From: a virus
Lineage: Duplodnaviria > Caudoviricetes
Direction: 5' to 3' (one strand)
IMG/VR virus record: IMGVR_UViG_3300034071_001210
Coordinates: 43,893 to 107,892 of that record
DNA: 64,000 nt
Made by a program: the position numbers and the translations under genes. Numbering within the stretch: the first letter of the stretch is position 1; the number at the start of each line of letters is the position of its first letter. Shown in pieces: positions 22,301 through 31,124 of this stretch. Under the pieces are notes generated by a model that saw nothing but the letters and a program-made list of their open reading frames with translations, ran no database searches and was not told the origin of the DNA.

Positions 22301-22929
22301 GGACCAGTACGTTTAATATCAATAACTGTTGAATATGTATTTCCTTGAATATTATATTTTTCTATTTTTAATTCAAATGTAAAATTAAAAAAATGATTAT
22401 CATTATAATATAATGATTGGCAACATCCAGTAGGTCCAGCTGGTCCCGGACCAGATGTCCCAGAACACCCTGGATTCCCAGAAAAAAGATCAACATTTGT
22501 CATATTGATCCCATTAAACCAACATGGAGAAATATCTCCATAGAATATAGCATCACCCCATCCAAATGATGGTATATCTAATATGTTAGAAGGAGTTCTG
22601 AAAGAACTTGTAAAACCTGCATTTGGATTTTCTGGATCTATTATTCTTACTTGAGCAACATCTTCCGTAGGACCAATATCACAACAACTTTGAAAATCTT
22701 GTCCTTGAGATGTACATTCATCACAATTAATTAACCTTACAAAAGGCATTGGATGACCAACACTTGGTAACTCTGTAGTAATAGTACCGGTAGATGCCCA
22801 ATTTGGTTGAGTTGGTTGTTCTAATATGCCTTCATTTGCAAAAGGATCTTGTGGATCATATGTATTTCGATACCAATGATCTCTATCGCACCAACTACAT
22901 TTATTACAACAGCACGCTTTTTTTGGCAT
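19342..22929 (-). CDS. Very large Cys-rich protein, possibly tail fibre/virion surface protein
   Basis: 1195-aa ORF beginning MPKKACCCNKC, Cys throughout. Confidence 0.6.
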   Translation of the reverse strand: MPKKACCCNKCSWCDRDHWYRNTYDPQDPFANEGILEQPTQPNWASTGTITTELPSVGHPMPFVRLINCDECTSQGQDFQSCCDIGPTEDVAQVRIIDPENPNAGFTSSFRTPSNILDIPSFGWGDAIFYGDISPCWFNGINMTNVDLFSGNPGCSGTSGPGPAGPTGCCQSLYYNDNHFFNFTFELKIEKYNIQGNTYSTVIDIKRTGPARNVRPHPDACHSFNVNENYPWRELSNCEVFFDTFNDDGIPAICTRDFARMPRGPWPYRFKKYMDVDKNAAACYSNNAVFDGSLFTKEQVEEALADPESYPDTPWIRQCPFVQTKCSGTFGQDADGCCNTDFLDTDQLCTQLDPDNGTPFGWEDIPADCAPYSNSNPNFVGSIPFDGSTANMHFFGWMNPFNRYTTPEWDLYEGPTGSSTTTICSCDGTGYTCAPSGFCGACGPQGYTLGLSSKKVSLNVIVPTQYDFGSAEMGKNAFCSPDSSIQGLGFGEWCFGMDYEATDEIIALELAGYQWSNGREADGIWIHQTPTSALRVLFTLDHSDIAPGKVWRVFRDWDVTVCNRVKTFNVGTPQETKFRVSLKQKVEEVQFSSLGCDCPSGTTINEDGKIVSIEDACDDHVIFGEYEESPFASCWQSNIDGPNSTNVGGRVSFAERGPIIIRAIVETDETGCSNCSGPNDQEYTVCAEKFGSRTHPIDNINPKGGQLMIVNSSSVACPTECPIEFPKWGTWPTAPVQTCITKCWTFLGAGCSPALIYDTDGGKIIQPPDSVYAIFKEHGARFDDAIADVPRAGGHKGYVGILRYRSSYMPIYQSESARETELIAQYQDGSNVYGTYTHQYEDYICSSAAICGYESTAPIKYIFENARIFVDKWPTRAQVGYCYINCPCGASNTTEEPEQPEPGQPCWDGSFPSPGKPCIGLGNGGYCAGAGGFQQCPCDDLPKLFPSYGCNTNLSRINGYGAADFNYTCFPAIPQGVYEATCTDNDAIPHRFGLDSERFYFTAFGQVNAYTGLGELGCAARCSCPAPDPPTGCYNDDGSCKFCAGAGSGIGFGFPRNMMINWKKYLCHQRSVDGYKIPPDIMGKFEWGCGAKDGITGSTTANGCDVAWSVADCVQANIPINSLSTTIDRLKEVSNLDPNYHVKFEKYNIQFDAVFDQINRDTELCPWDTTYEPNSARSGLTYGRNHIIINAQGPY

Positions 22930-22956
22930 AGATAATCACCCTTACGAACTTAATAT

Positions 22957-23331
22957 TTATAGAATATGTACACCCTCATCATCGGTGTAGTATATTTTAT
23001 GAAAAGCTTCGTTGCACCACTTGGCACACACTGGACAGGGCTTAGAATTTCTATAGTTACCAAATCTATTAAAACGAAAATTAAGAAGAGTTAATTTTTC
23101 TCCTCTTAACGATTTTGGAATTTTTCGGTAGGCATCGAGTTCTGAGTGCATATCAGAACCACGATATCCCAAACGAAAAGTATCGGGGTGGGTCTTGAAT
23201 ACATTTTGACCCACCGCGATAATTTTGCGCTTATAGATTACTAATGAGATATGTTTTTTTTGTCTCTCCATTGCCATCGAAAGTGGCTTGGCAATAGGAA
23301 CAAAATTTTCAATCACATGATCTATATTCAT
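22957..23331 (-). CDS. Cytidine/deoxycytidylate deaminase-like protein
   Basis: HSE and SKPCPVC Zn-binding motifs. Confidence 0.8.
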   Translation of the reverse strand: MNIDHVIENFVPIAKPLSMAMERQKKHISLVIYKRKIIAVGQNVFKTHPDTFRLGYRGSDMHSELDAYRKIPKSLRGEKLTLLNFRFNRFGNYRNSKPCPVCAKWCNEAFHKIYYTDDEGVHIL

Positions 23332-23334
23332 AAT

Positions 23335-23646
23335 TTACACAGATAACTTCAGCTGAGATAGTGGATCCACTCCCTTGCCAGAAGTAATAATTCCCTTATT
23401 GAGACTACTATCATACTGAGCCTTGAGTTCATCAAGTGGCTCAACAGTAAAGGCAATAAATGCATTAGGAATTGTTACACCCTTTGCAGCCTTACTGTAC
23501 ATCATCCAAGGCATAAGACCAATTTGACCTTGTTGCATAGGTACAAGAATTGCAGGATCCTTTAAAGTCCACGATGTTTCATTTTCAGTAAACCGTGATA
23601 AAATCTCTTCGCCAGAATTAAGTCTAAATATTTTTACATTACTCAT
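23335..23646 (-). CDS. Conserved T4-like small Sm-fold protein
   Basis: VKIFRLNSGEEI, IGLMPW motifs. Confidence 0.65.
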   Translation of the reverse strand: MSNVKIFRLNSGEEILSRFTENETSWTLKDPAILVPMQQGQIGLMPWMMYSKAAKGVTIPNAFIAFTVEPLDELKAQYDSSLNKGIITSGKGVDPLSQLKLSV

Positions 23647-23708
23647 AGTGGGTTCCTTTGTATAATATAATTATATCACTCTTATTACTAATAGCAAGCA
23701 ACAATAAT

Positions 23709-24305
23709 ATGAAAACATTTAAACAATATTTGGCAGAAGAAAATCAAAATATGCAATGTGATATTAATGGAATATGCAAGGTTATTAAAGGATATGAGTC
23801 TGCTGGAAATGAAAAGAAAATTTTAGGTGTATATAAAGATAGTAAAAAATTAGATACTATTGGTCATGGACATTTAGTTACACCACAATCAGAAAAAATT
23901 TTTAAAGAAGTGTTTGCAGATGAACACAAAAAAGATCCAAATTTTGGATCTACTGTTTTGCGTAAAGGTGGAAGAATAACACCAGAACAAGCTGACCGAT
24001 TATTAGCAAGAGATGTTACTGTACGAATTCCACAAGTTGAAAAACTTGTTCCAAATTTTAAAACCTATTCTCCTGAACTACAAGCTCAATTAGCATCAGA
24101 ACAATTTAGAGGAATGTTAGGTAAATCACCAACTGCATTAAAACATTTAAATGCTGGTAAATTTGCTGAAGCAGGTAAAGAATTTTTAAATGCATCCGAT
24201 TATAGAAATTCTATAAAAGAAAAAACCGGTATTGCCGCAAGAATGCAAGCATTATCAGATGCTATGGTGTCTGAACCAACTCGTCAGAAGAAACCTGCGA
24301 AGTAA
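23709..24305 (+). CDS. Lysozyme (GH24-like) with capsid-targeting leader
   Basis: MKTFKQYLAE leader; YE...VYKD....TIGHGH catalytic pattern. Confidence 0.75.
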   Translation: MKTFKQYLAEENQNMQCDINGICKVIKGYESAGNEKKILGVYKDSKKLDTIGHGHLVTPQSEKIFKEVFADEHKKDPNFGSTVLRKGGRITPEQADRLLARDVTVRIPQVEKLVPNFKTYSPELQAQLASEQFRGMLGKSPTALKHLNAGKFAEAGKEFLNASDYRNSIKEKTGIAARMQALSDAMVSEPTRQKKPAK

Positions 24306-24774
24306 ACCACTCAGGTGCATTACCGAGTTTCCATTTAGCAAATCTGGCTTTCTCTCCAAGGTAATATGCCCGATATGCGGCTACACCATCAACGTTCTTA
24401 TATTGTTCTGGCATTGCTTGTGCAAAGTCAGTACAAATAGTATTTGGAAGATTGCTTGGTGCGTTGTGTTTAAACCAATGTGCCATACTAGTAGACTTAT
24501 GAACCTTTTCATATCTAGCAGTATATTCTTCTGTCAATTCAAAAGTATGGTTGGCTAACCAGTAATAATTGGACTTAGATGCTCTTGCCCAAATAGTACA
24601 TGGGTGATTATGAAAACATGGCTTGTATAACGTAGGCTTATTGTCTTGTACAACATCTAAAGAATGAACCGTTGAAAGCATCTGACAGCCTTCAAGAATC
24701 ATTTTTACAACATGCTTGTCACACATCATTTGTGCAGCAACATACGGATCTTTATCTAAAACAAAAATGTTCAT
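24262..24774 (-). CDS. Pyrimidine-dimer DNA glycosylase-like protein
   Basis: MNIFVLD, DKHVVKMILE, HNHPCTIW, FAQAMP, AYRAYY. Confidence 0.8.
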   Translation of the reverse strand: MNIFVLDKDPYVAAQMMCDKHVVKMILEGCQMLSTVHSLDVVQDNKPTLYKPCFHNHPCTIWARASKSNYYWLANHTFELTEEYTARYEKVHKSTSMAHWFKHNAPSNLPNTICTDFAQAMPEQYKNVDGVAAYRAYYLGEKARFAKWKLGNAPEWFTSQVSSDELVQTP

Positions 24775-25805
24775 ATTTCATGTTCCTCAAAAATGTTATT
24801 GATTGTACGATTAACCTTTACCAATGTACCATTGGAGTATAGAGAAGGCAAATCAAAAGCACCAACATAAGAACAAGCCGAGCGCAAACCACCAAGAATT
24901 TCTTGTATCGTATTGTATACAGGTCCACGGTAAGGAACCTCCACTGTGCGTCCCTCTGACGCACGATATGTGGATAGACCACCATTGTATTTGTCATTTG
25001 CAGTTTTGCTGCTCATTCCATAATGCAACATTGTGAGCTGTCCATGCTCTTTATTACGAATTTCACCACCACACTCATCGTGCCCTGCAAACATTCCACC
25101 AACCATAACAAATGCTGCACCGGCAACGAATGCTTTTGCAATATCTCCGGAGTGTACTACGCCACCATCAGCAACGATCCCAATATCTAATGCTGCCGCG
25201 GTTTCTGCACACTCTACTACTGCGGACAACTGGGGGTATCCCACTCCCGCTATTCTCCGTGTCAGACACATTGATCCGGCTCCGATTCCTATCTTCACTA
25301 AGTCTGCACCAGCAAGCGACAAGGCTTCCACTCCTTCTGGTGTCACCACATTCCCTGCTACAATTATTGACGTTGGACATTTCTCTCTTACCTTTCTAAC
25401 AAAAGAATGAAACTCTTTCATATAACCATTTGCTACATCTAAGCAAATAAACGTTGGATCATTTGTGATCGGTGTATCTAACCACAATTTACTTTGTGCA
25501 TCTAGTCCCAGACTTAGTGCAACATTATGTTCTTTATCGGAATATTGTGTTACAAAGGAATCATAATAATCAAAACCTTTTTTAAGACAAGTTACCATGT
25601 TATACTTGGAAAGAGCAAGTGCCATCTCATGTGTACCAATTGTAGACATGTTAGCAGCCATGACGGGCGTACCTTTCCAAACTCTACCACATTTAAAAGT
25701 TGTTGAAACTTCTAAACTTACATCGTTTCTAGATTTTACCTCAGAAAGTTGTGGAACAATCAGAACATCAGAATAATCTAGTTTTGGTTCGTAATTAATA
25801 GTCAT
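24771..25805 (-). CDS. guaC: GMP reductase
   Basis: KLDYSDVLIVP, LDVANGY, GIGAGSMCLTR, YRASEGRTV, GGLRSACSYVGA. Confidence 0.93.
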   Translation of the reverse strand: MTINYEPKLDYSDVLIVPQLSEVKSRNDVSLEVSTTFKCGRVWKGTPVMAANMSTIGTHEMALALSKYNMVTCLKKGFDYYDSFVTQYSDKEHNVALSLGLDAQSKLWLDTPITNDPTFICLDVANGYMKEFHSFVRKVREKCPTSIIVAGNVVTPEGVEALSLAGADLVKIGIGAGSMCLTRRIAGVGYPQLSAVVECAETAAALDIGIVADGGVVHSGDIAKAFVAGAAFVMVGGMFAGHDECGGEIRNKEHGQLTMLHYGMSSKTANDKYNGGLSTYRASEGRTVEVPYRGPVYNTIQEILGGLRSACSYVGAFDLPSLYSNGTLVKVNRTINNIFEEHEI

Positions 25806-25840
25806 CTGCGTTAGTATATCACCAACACAATATATGTCAA

Positions 25841-26020
25841 TTATTTATTTGAGTCTTCTATACGAAGTACTGCATCTCGAAGAATTAACATCTTTTGTGC
25901 CAATTCTTTAGATGTGATTTTTTCTTTTAAATATTTTTCGTAACTGGAGACAATAATCTTTGACTCACGAAAGAGTATTGCATACAGATGATCAATACGT
26001 TTTTGTTCTTCCGTGGACAT
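25841..26020 (-). CDS. Small hypothetical protein (59 aa)
   Basis: Manual translation MSTEEQKRIDHLY; preceded by ATAAATA. Confidence 0.6.
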   Translation of the reverse strand: MSTEEQKRIDHLYAILFRESKIIVSSYEKYLKEKITSKELAQKMLILRDAVLRIEDSNK

Positions 26021-26031
26021 GATATTATTAT

Positions 26032-26604
26032 TTATTCTAATCCAGTTGTGTCATCACGAATAAACTTAATAACCGAAGACATGTAAAAAGATTTCCAACC
26101 TTGAGCATTTATATCCCATACAACTACACGATCACCTTTTTGTGGAGAAAAGAAATTTTGTCTTGTATTTGATTGAGATGTTGGAATACTATTTTGCTGT
26201 AATGTACAGGTCAAACGCCTAGATGCTCCGTTTGATTTTTTATTAAAATATACAGTACAAAGACCTGTCAAATTTTCCATTATAACTTCTTGTGTGGAAA
26301 TATGATCTGTTTTGTATGAAGTATCTTTTGTAATAACAGTAACATCCATGATATAATCAGTCATTGGATCAAATACATTGATGTTTTGATTAATTTTGTT
26401 TTGTGCAAGATAATTTTCATATGAACCATAGGTACGTGTAATAAATTGTTTATATGCAAGATCATCATTTTCTAGTGATGCATATGTTTCTTTTTGTAAA
26501 TCCGAACCTCGATACAAAGTTTGTAATTTACTGGTACTGGTACCAGAACTTAATAGTTGATTAAGAATCTGATCATTAAAACTTAATTCGTTCTCTTCTG
26601 CCAT
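26032..26604 (-). CDS. Protein with C-terminal WYL_2/SH3-like domain
   Basis: VYFNKKSNGASRRLTCTL...VVWDINAQGWKSF. Confidence 0.7.
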   Translation of the reverse strand: MAEENELSFNDQILNQLLSSGTSTSKLQTLYRGSDLQKETYASLENDDLAYKQFITRTYGSYENYLAQNKINQNINVFDPMTDYIMDVTVITKDTSYKTDHISTQEVIMENLTGLCTVYFNKKSNGASRRLTCTLQQNSIPTSQSNTRQNFFSPQKGDRVVVWDINAQGWKSFYMSSVIKFIRDDTTGLE

Positions 26605-26846
26605 TAGAACTCCAGTATGTAATTTTGATTATCGCTAACCATATTTTTTACTTTTAATTTTGTAGTTTGTATATACTCCATGACGGGCTGAATATATGGA
26701 GGAGGAATCAATACAAAAATTTGAGCAAAGGGTTCTTTCTTTTTCACAGCAATTTTACAAATTAACTCAGATAAAGTCTTTGGACCATTGTTTTCCATGG
26801 TCAGAGTATAGAAAGTTTTAAGCAATTTGCTTTTTTCAAGAATCAT
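26604..26846 (-). CDS. Hypothetical protein
   Basis: ORF after a late-type ATAAATA. Confidence 0.55.
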   Translation of the reverse strand: MILEKSKLLKTFYTLTMENNGPKTLSELICKIAVKKKEPFAQIFVLIPPPYIQPVMEYIQTTKLKVKNMVSDNQNYILEF

Positions 26847-27015
26847 ATTATTATTTATTTGACTATTAAAGTTCAGTTGATATACTTACAGAAACTTTAA
26901 GTTGTTAGAGGGACTAAGTTCTCTAGAGAACTATAAAGTAAACTATAAAAGAATATATAAAAGAATATCTTAAGTACCTTTAAAGTACTAGTACTATAAA
27001 GACTCTTAGAGTATA

Positions 27016-27225
27016 TTAACTAAATCTAGAATTTGTTGGTATAAAATTATTCAAGAGTTGATCTCGAATATTTGGAGCCTGTCTCATGTTATCTGGAATC
27101 TGAGTAGGACTCATATGAATATTACTGTCTTCTCGAATCATTAAGAGTGGACTTGGACGATTTTTGTGCTGATTATGGACAGCACGAATAGTATCTTCTA
27201 AACTAAGAGGTTTATTATTTCTCAT
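27016..27225 (-). CDS. Hypothetical protein
   Basis: ORF after a late-type ATAAATA. Confidence 0.55.
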   Translation of the reverse strand: MRNNKPLSLEDTIRAVHNQHKNRPSPLLMIREDSNIHMSPTQIPDNMRQAPNIRDQLLNNFIPTNSRFS

Positions 27226-27275
27226 ACATTTATTTATGCCTTTTTTCGGGTTTGTTTGTTTTTATAAATAATTTC

Positions 27276-27968
27276 ATGGCATACTCATTTTTCCCAAACG
27301 ACTTTCACAATCTTCCAAATTTACAGGACAATGCAACTATGAATTACCTAACACAACATTACAAAAATTTATCGGAACAACTTCAAGCCAAAGTTAATCA
27401 CCTTCAGAACCTTCTAGAGGCATATCCAGGTGGAATGACTCCAGCAAGAATGGATGTATTTAATAAAGGAGTTAGAATACCATTCACTAATGCTACTCCA
27501 GAACAGGAAGCAAGAGCTGATCGTGCACGTGGCCTACGAAACCGAGCAAATGCAACAGATCGCCGAAGAGCCGCAGAAGACCAGGCAAGAGACGAAGCAA
27601 CCGTATCGGGTATGCCAGACTTCCATAATACTGTTATTGCTCACATGGCTACTGCCTTTGGTGATAGATATGGACAAAACACAGGACACGGACGAAAGCT
27701 TACTCTACAGGTTGCCGAAGACCTTCACAAAAGGGCTGGAGAAGGTGGATTCAGAGATTATGCTCATGCAAGTGGTGTCTTGCATGATTACATGCAAGAT
27801 AGTGATCACGTAAGAGATCACAAAGAAGAACAAGCAATTTTAGATCCAACAAAATATGGTGTTCATTCTGACGATATTATGGATGTTGATATGTCAGATG
27901 AAATTAGTGAAGATCATGCAGAGATTTCAGATGATATTATGCAAGGATTGTTAAGAAAGAAACCGTAA
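27276..27968 (+). CDS. Putative internal head protein
   Basis: TATAAATA at 27263; contains MNYLTQHYKNLSEQLQ...LLE segment shared with ORF 48477. Confidence 0.6.
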   Translation: MAYSFFPNDFHNLPNLQDNATMNYLTQHYKNLSEQLQAKVNHLQNLLEAYPGGMTPARMDVFNKGVRIPFTNATPEQEARADRARGLRNRANATDRRRAAEDQARDEATVSGMPDFHNTVIAHMATAFGDRYGQNTGHGRKLTLQVAEDLHKRAGEGGFRDYAHASGVLHDYMQDSDHVRDHKEEQAILDPTKYGVHSDDIMDVDMSDEISEDHAEISDDIMQGLLRKKP

Positions 27969-28075
27969 CCTTTTCGAGGCTCTCACAGCCTTTCACAATA
28001 CATAAGGGGTTCTGACTCAGATAATGAATCAGAACCCCTTATAACCAATCGTAGGGCTATTGGAAGCCCTTTCAG

Positions 28076-28234
28076 TTACTTGGCAGGAGCAACTACAGGT
28101 GTCTCTTGAGGATACCCAGGATGACCCTTGGCTTCCGAGACCTTGAAGATGATGAGAGCAGCAAGAACTACTCCAACAACAACCCAACCGATAAGTGGCA
28201 CATTCTTAACAAACTTTTTAATTTTTAGTAGCAT
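28076..28234 (-). CDS. Small single-TM protein (52 aa)
   Basis: MLLKIKKFVKNVPLIGWVVVGVVLAALIIFK; AGGAG RBS. Confidence 0.6.
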   Translation of the reverse strand: MLLKIKKFVKNVPLIGWVVVGVVLAALIIFKVSEAKGHPGYPQETPVVAPAK

Positions 28235-28266
28235 AGTATCTCCTTACAATTATTTATAAATAATCT

Positions 28267-29178
28267 ATGCACGATTCCTTCTTCCCATCCGACAAATTTT
28301 TTGGTCCTGACAACATGTATTTTCAACAAAACCGTCAAAACCTTGAAGAAGGTATGATGGGAGATTTAAGACGAGGAGCCGGAAATATGCTCACAGGTCT
28401 TGGACGGAGACTTGCTGGTGGAGCTCCGGTTGATAATGTCGTAGACCCACAAATTGCCATAGACACCAAAAATAAAGAAATGGCCAGATCCACTCATATT
28501 GGTAGAACTATTAAAAAATTGAGTACAGTATTTGCACTGAATAAAAATACCATTCCTATGGCAATTGCTCACCATAAGAAAAATAGTGAAAATGCACTAT
28601 ACTATGACAGTTCTGAGGTTCCAGACACAGGTATGCCGACAACCAAAAAAGAATATAAACAAGCCAGCAAAGAGAATGCTGCTTATGAGAAGTCTCAAGC
28701 CGGAAGGGTATTATCAAGTGGACATAATTCTATTTTGGGACATTTAGCATCTATGATACATAGATCTTCACAGTCTGCTGCACAACATCCAGATAATAAA
28801 CCAGACGTAGTAATGGATCCAGTACACATAGGACATGGATTTGATTCAGAAAATGTTGCACTTCACAATATGTCAGATGGAGCAAATGGTCGAGGTAGTA
28901 TTTCACACCCGGATCATGAAGCCTATCACAGATGGCAGAGCCGTCCACAAAATGCAAATTATCCATCAGTTCAATCATTCTTCGGACCAAACTCTGGTAC
29001 CTACCATGTAGGAGAAGATTTTGAGCATCTCTTACCGGCTGGTGGTGGTAAGAGTGGTATTCGTGCAGTGAATGCAGCTAACCGTGAAAGGTATCGTGCA
29101 AGAATGCAGGATATCAATACTTTGATGAACCCACAGGATATTCCAGCCGAGTGGAGAGCACCCGGACGAATGGGATAA
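28267..29178 (+). CDS. Putative internal head protein
   Basis: TATAAATA upstream; N-terminus (MHDSFFP) resembles ORF 27276; NLEE possible protease site. Confidence 0.55.
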   Translation: MHDSFFPSDKFFGPDNMYFQQNRQNLEEGMMGDLRRGAGNMLTGLGRRLAGGAPVDNVVDPQIAIDTKNKEMARSTHIGRTIKKLSTVFALNKNTIPMAIAHHKKNSENALYYDSSEVPDTGMPTTKKEYKQASKENAAYEKSQAGRVLSSGHNSILGHLASMIHRSSQSAAQHPDNKPDVVMDPVHIGHGFDSENVALHNMSDGANGRGSISHPDHEAYHRWQSRPQNANYPSVQSFFGPNSGTYHVGEDFEHLLPAGGGKSGIRAVNAANRERYRARMQDINTLMNPQDIPAEWRAPGRMG

Positions 29179-29434
29179 AAATACTTTAAAATTTTTGAAT
29201 AAACTTTCTGGGTCTCTTTGGGGCCCAGAATTTTTTATGGCATATCGTGTATTTTGAGGTATGGGGTACATACCCCCTGCAAAAATTTTATGGCATATCG
29301 AGTGTTTTGAAGATATTTGAGAAAATTTGAGGGCGATCTAGCCGAACCCATGTCCGGTATTTCTAGTGTGTCCAAATTCACTGTTTGGACACTCTGAAAT
29401 TCTCACAAATAATAATTTAAATTTATTTAATAAA

Positions 29435-29461
29435 CAACACAGCCCCTTGCGGGGCTGTGTT
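29435..29461. terminator. GC-rich hairpin ending the leftmost cassette
   Basis: AACACAGCCCC-TTGC-GGGGCTGTGTT. Confidence 0.75.
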
Positions 29462-29468
29462 GGGTCAC

Positions 29469-29726
29469 TCATTGCACCTCGGGTGGTTCGTATCCCTTGC
29501 GGTAATCGCCCCCGCCGTTGCGGTCCGAGTCATCCTCGGGTGCCGAGTAGTCGAATGGGGGATCGATGTCGCTATCGTCCCCCCACACATCGTGCATGTC
29601 ATACCGCATCTTCTCGCGTTCCATAGCTTCAACCTCCCTATCCCAACAGGCAGGGCAGGCGCATGCAGCGGAACCCAGTGTGCAGGTGCGAGGAGTTTGA
29701 TCGTTATTGGCGTTGGTGCAGCTCAT
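29469..29726 (-). CDS. Leaderless early protein, Cys/acidic
   Basis: ATG 33 nt after promoter motif; CTLGSAACACPAC. Confidence 0.7.
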   Translation of the reverse strand: MSCTNANNDQTPRTCTLGSAACACPACWDREVEAMEREKMRYDMHDVWGDDSDIDPPFDYSAPEDDSDRNGGGDYRKGYEPPEVQ

Positions 29727-29759
29727 ACGAGAATTATACACGAATTTGTCGTGACTGCA
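29727..29759 (-). promoter_or_regulatory. Cassette promoter P1
   Basis: TGCAGTCACGACA-N8-TATAAT-N6-ATG. Confidence 0.85.
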
Positions 29760-29877
29760 GCATAGCAGCACGAATAAATTTATATTCGCGTAACCTGGCA
29801 AACCTGGCCCCACCTGGCAAACACAGGCAACAGCCCCCCTTTCGGGGGGCTGTTGGTTCCCTTCCCTCCCTCGAGGG

Positions 29878-30174
29878 TTATCCGCGGTTCAGGTAGCGTT
29901 CGTATGACTCGTCGTCCATCCGTTCGCCTGTACCGCTGTAGTAGCGGTCATCATCCCCTTCGCGGGGTTCATCCTCATCGTGGCAGGCGGGACCTGCATC
30001 ACAGGCACCCTCGCATGACTCACGATCCGCCTGTGCGTCCAAGTGTTCCTTCAAGTCCGCATCGCGGTCTGCGGCTTCGGTGCATCCGGGGCATAGCCCG
30101 TCTACGTATTGATCCATGCTCGTGCAGGTGCAGGGTAGGTCTGAGTGATTGACGGTGGTGGTGGTGTTTGCCAT
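29878..30174 (-). CDS. Leaderless early protein, Cys/acidic
   Basis: MANTTTTVN; CTC...CPGC. Confidence 0.7.
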   Translation of the reverse strand: MANTTTTVNHSDLPCTCTSMDQYVDGLCPGCTEAADRDADLKEHLDAQADRESCEGACDAGPACHDEDEPREGDDDRYYSGTGERMDDESYERYLNRG

Positions 30175-30207
30175 GTCGGTATTGTACTCGATCTTGTCGT
30201 GACTGCA
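30175..30207 (-). promoter_or_regulatory. Cassette promoter P2
   Basis: TGCAGTCACGACA-N8-TACAAT-N6-ATG. Confidence 0.85.
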
Positions 30208-30223
30208 GCGCAGGGGGTGAAAT

Positions 30224-30424
30224 TTATTTGTTGCAGCGCAGGGTTTCGCAGAACGCATCGTTGTCTGCCAAGTTCGCAGCGAGTTGATCGAGTTCCTGCG
30301 GAGTCATCGCGGCAAACTTAAACGCGGCAACTTCGGCTTCCAATTTGTTGATGCGAGCGTGCAGCGCAGCGATATTGTCCTGATTGACTTTCCATTCCGA
30401 GGGTATGTAGTTCTTTGGGTGCAT
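30224..30424 (-). CDS. Leaderless early small coiled-coil protein
   Basis: ATG at the fixed distance from P3. Confidence 0.7.
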   Translation of the reverse strand: MHPKNYIPSEWKVNQDNIAALHARINKLEAEVAAFKFAAMTPQELDQLAANLADNDAFCETLRCNK

Positions 30425-30457
30425 GGCGGTATTGTACGATACTTTGTTGTGACTGCA
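30425..30457 (-). promoter_or_regulatory. Cassette promoter P3
   Basis: TGCAGTCACAACA-N8-TACAAT-N6-ATG. Confidence 0.85.
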
Positions 30458-30505
30458 GGCCGCAGGCCGTCACCAATTTATCTAAATTTATTTGTGCTCC
30501 CCATC

Positions 30506-30538
30506 TGCAGTCACAACAAACTATCGTACAATACACTC
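30506..30538 (+). promoter_or_regulatory. Cassette promoter P4 (divergent from P3)
   Basis: TGCAGTCACAACA-N8-TACAAT-N6-GTG. Confidence 0.85.
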
Positions 30539-30928
30539 GTGCTACAGAACACCACCTCCACCCGTCCGATCCACTTCCACCTCCAAGCCTCGACTTTGCC
30601 GCTCTCCGCAATTCTGCTCGACCTGCCTGCTAACCTCCCTGCACGCTCCGCGTTCTTGTACAGCGTTCTCGACTCCGGTTGGATTCGTGTTGCGTTCCGC
30701 AAGGATGACGGCACCTGCACGATTCGACTCTGCACTCGCAACCCTACGCTTGTTGCCAAGTTCGGTTCGCGTTACGATGTTCAGGGTATCAAGAATTCGG
30801 AGTTCAATTCAAACGGTCTTGAAACCATCGTGTACTTCGACCATGCGGCAGGTGCGCTCCGGTGCTTCCGTGTGATGCGAGTCGATGGCTGCGGCATCGA
30901 TGCCGTCAGTATCGAGAACAACCACTAA
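30539..30928 (+). CDS. WYL_2/SH3-barrel protein
   Basis: IRVAFRKDDGT..IRLCTRN...YFDH....RCF; in-frame GTG at the promoter-defined position. Confidence 0.7.
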   Translation: MLQNTTSTRPIHFHLQASTLPLSAILLDLPANLPARSAFLYSVLDSGWIRVAFRKDDGTCTIRLCTRNPTLVAKFGSRYDVQGIKNSEFNSNGLETIVYFDHAAGALRCFRVMRVDGCGIDAVSIENNH

Positions 30929-30973
30929 CCCGAACGGGGGGGAGAATTTAAATATTCTCTCCCCCTCCGCGGC

Positions 30974-31006
30974 TGCAGTCACAACAAGATCGCGTATAAT
31001 GCACTC
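30974..31006 (+). promoter_or_regulatory. Cassette promoter P5 (no start codon at +1)
   Basis: TGCAGTCACAACA-N8-TATAAT-N6-ATA. Confidence 0.85.
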
Positions 31007-31090
31007 ATACCTACCCCGCCCGAAGCACCGCCCCTAAGTGGACAACCCCACTTCGAATGACAATGGGCACGCAGAGGCGGGGTAGGTTTC
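31007..31090 (+). ncRNA. Putative structured RNA or 5' leader
   Basis: 12-bp closing stem ACCTACCCCGCC/GGCGGGGTAGGT starting at the predicted TSS; inner helices GCCC/GGGC and AAGTGG/CCACTT. Confidence 0.5.
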
Positions 31091-31124
31091 CCGGTCACTC
31101 AAACTTAACTGAAAGGTCACAACA

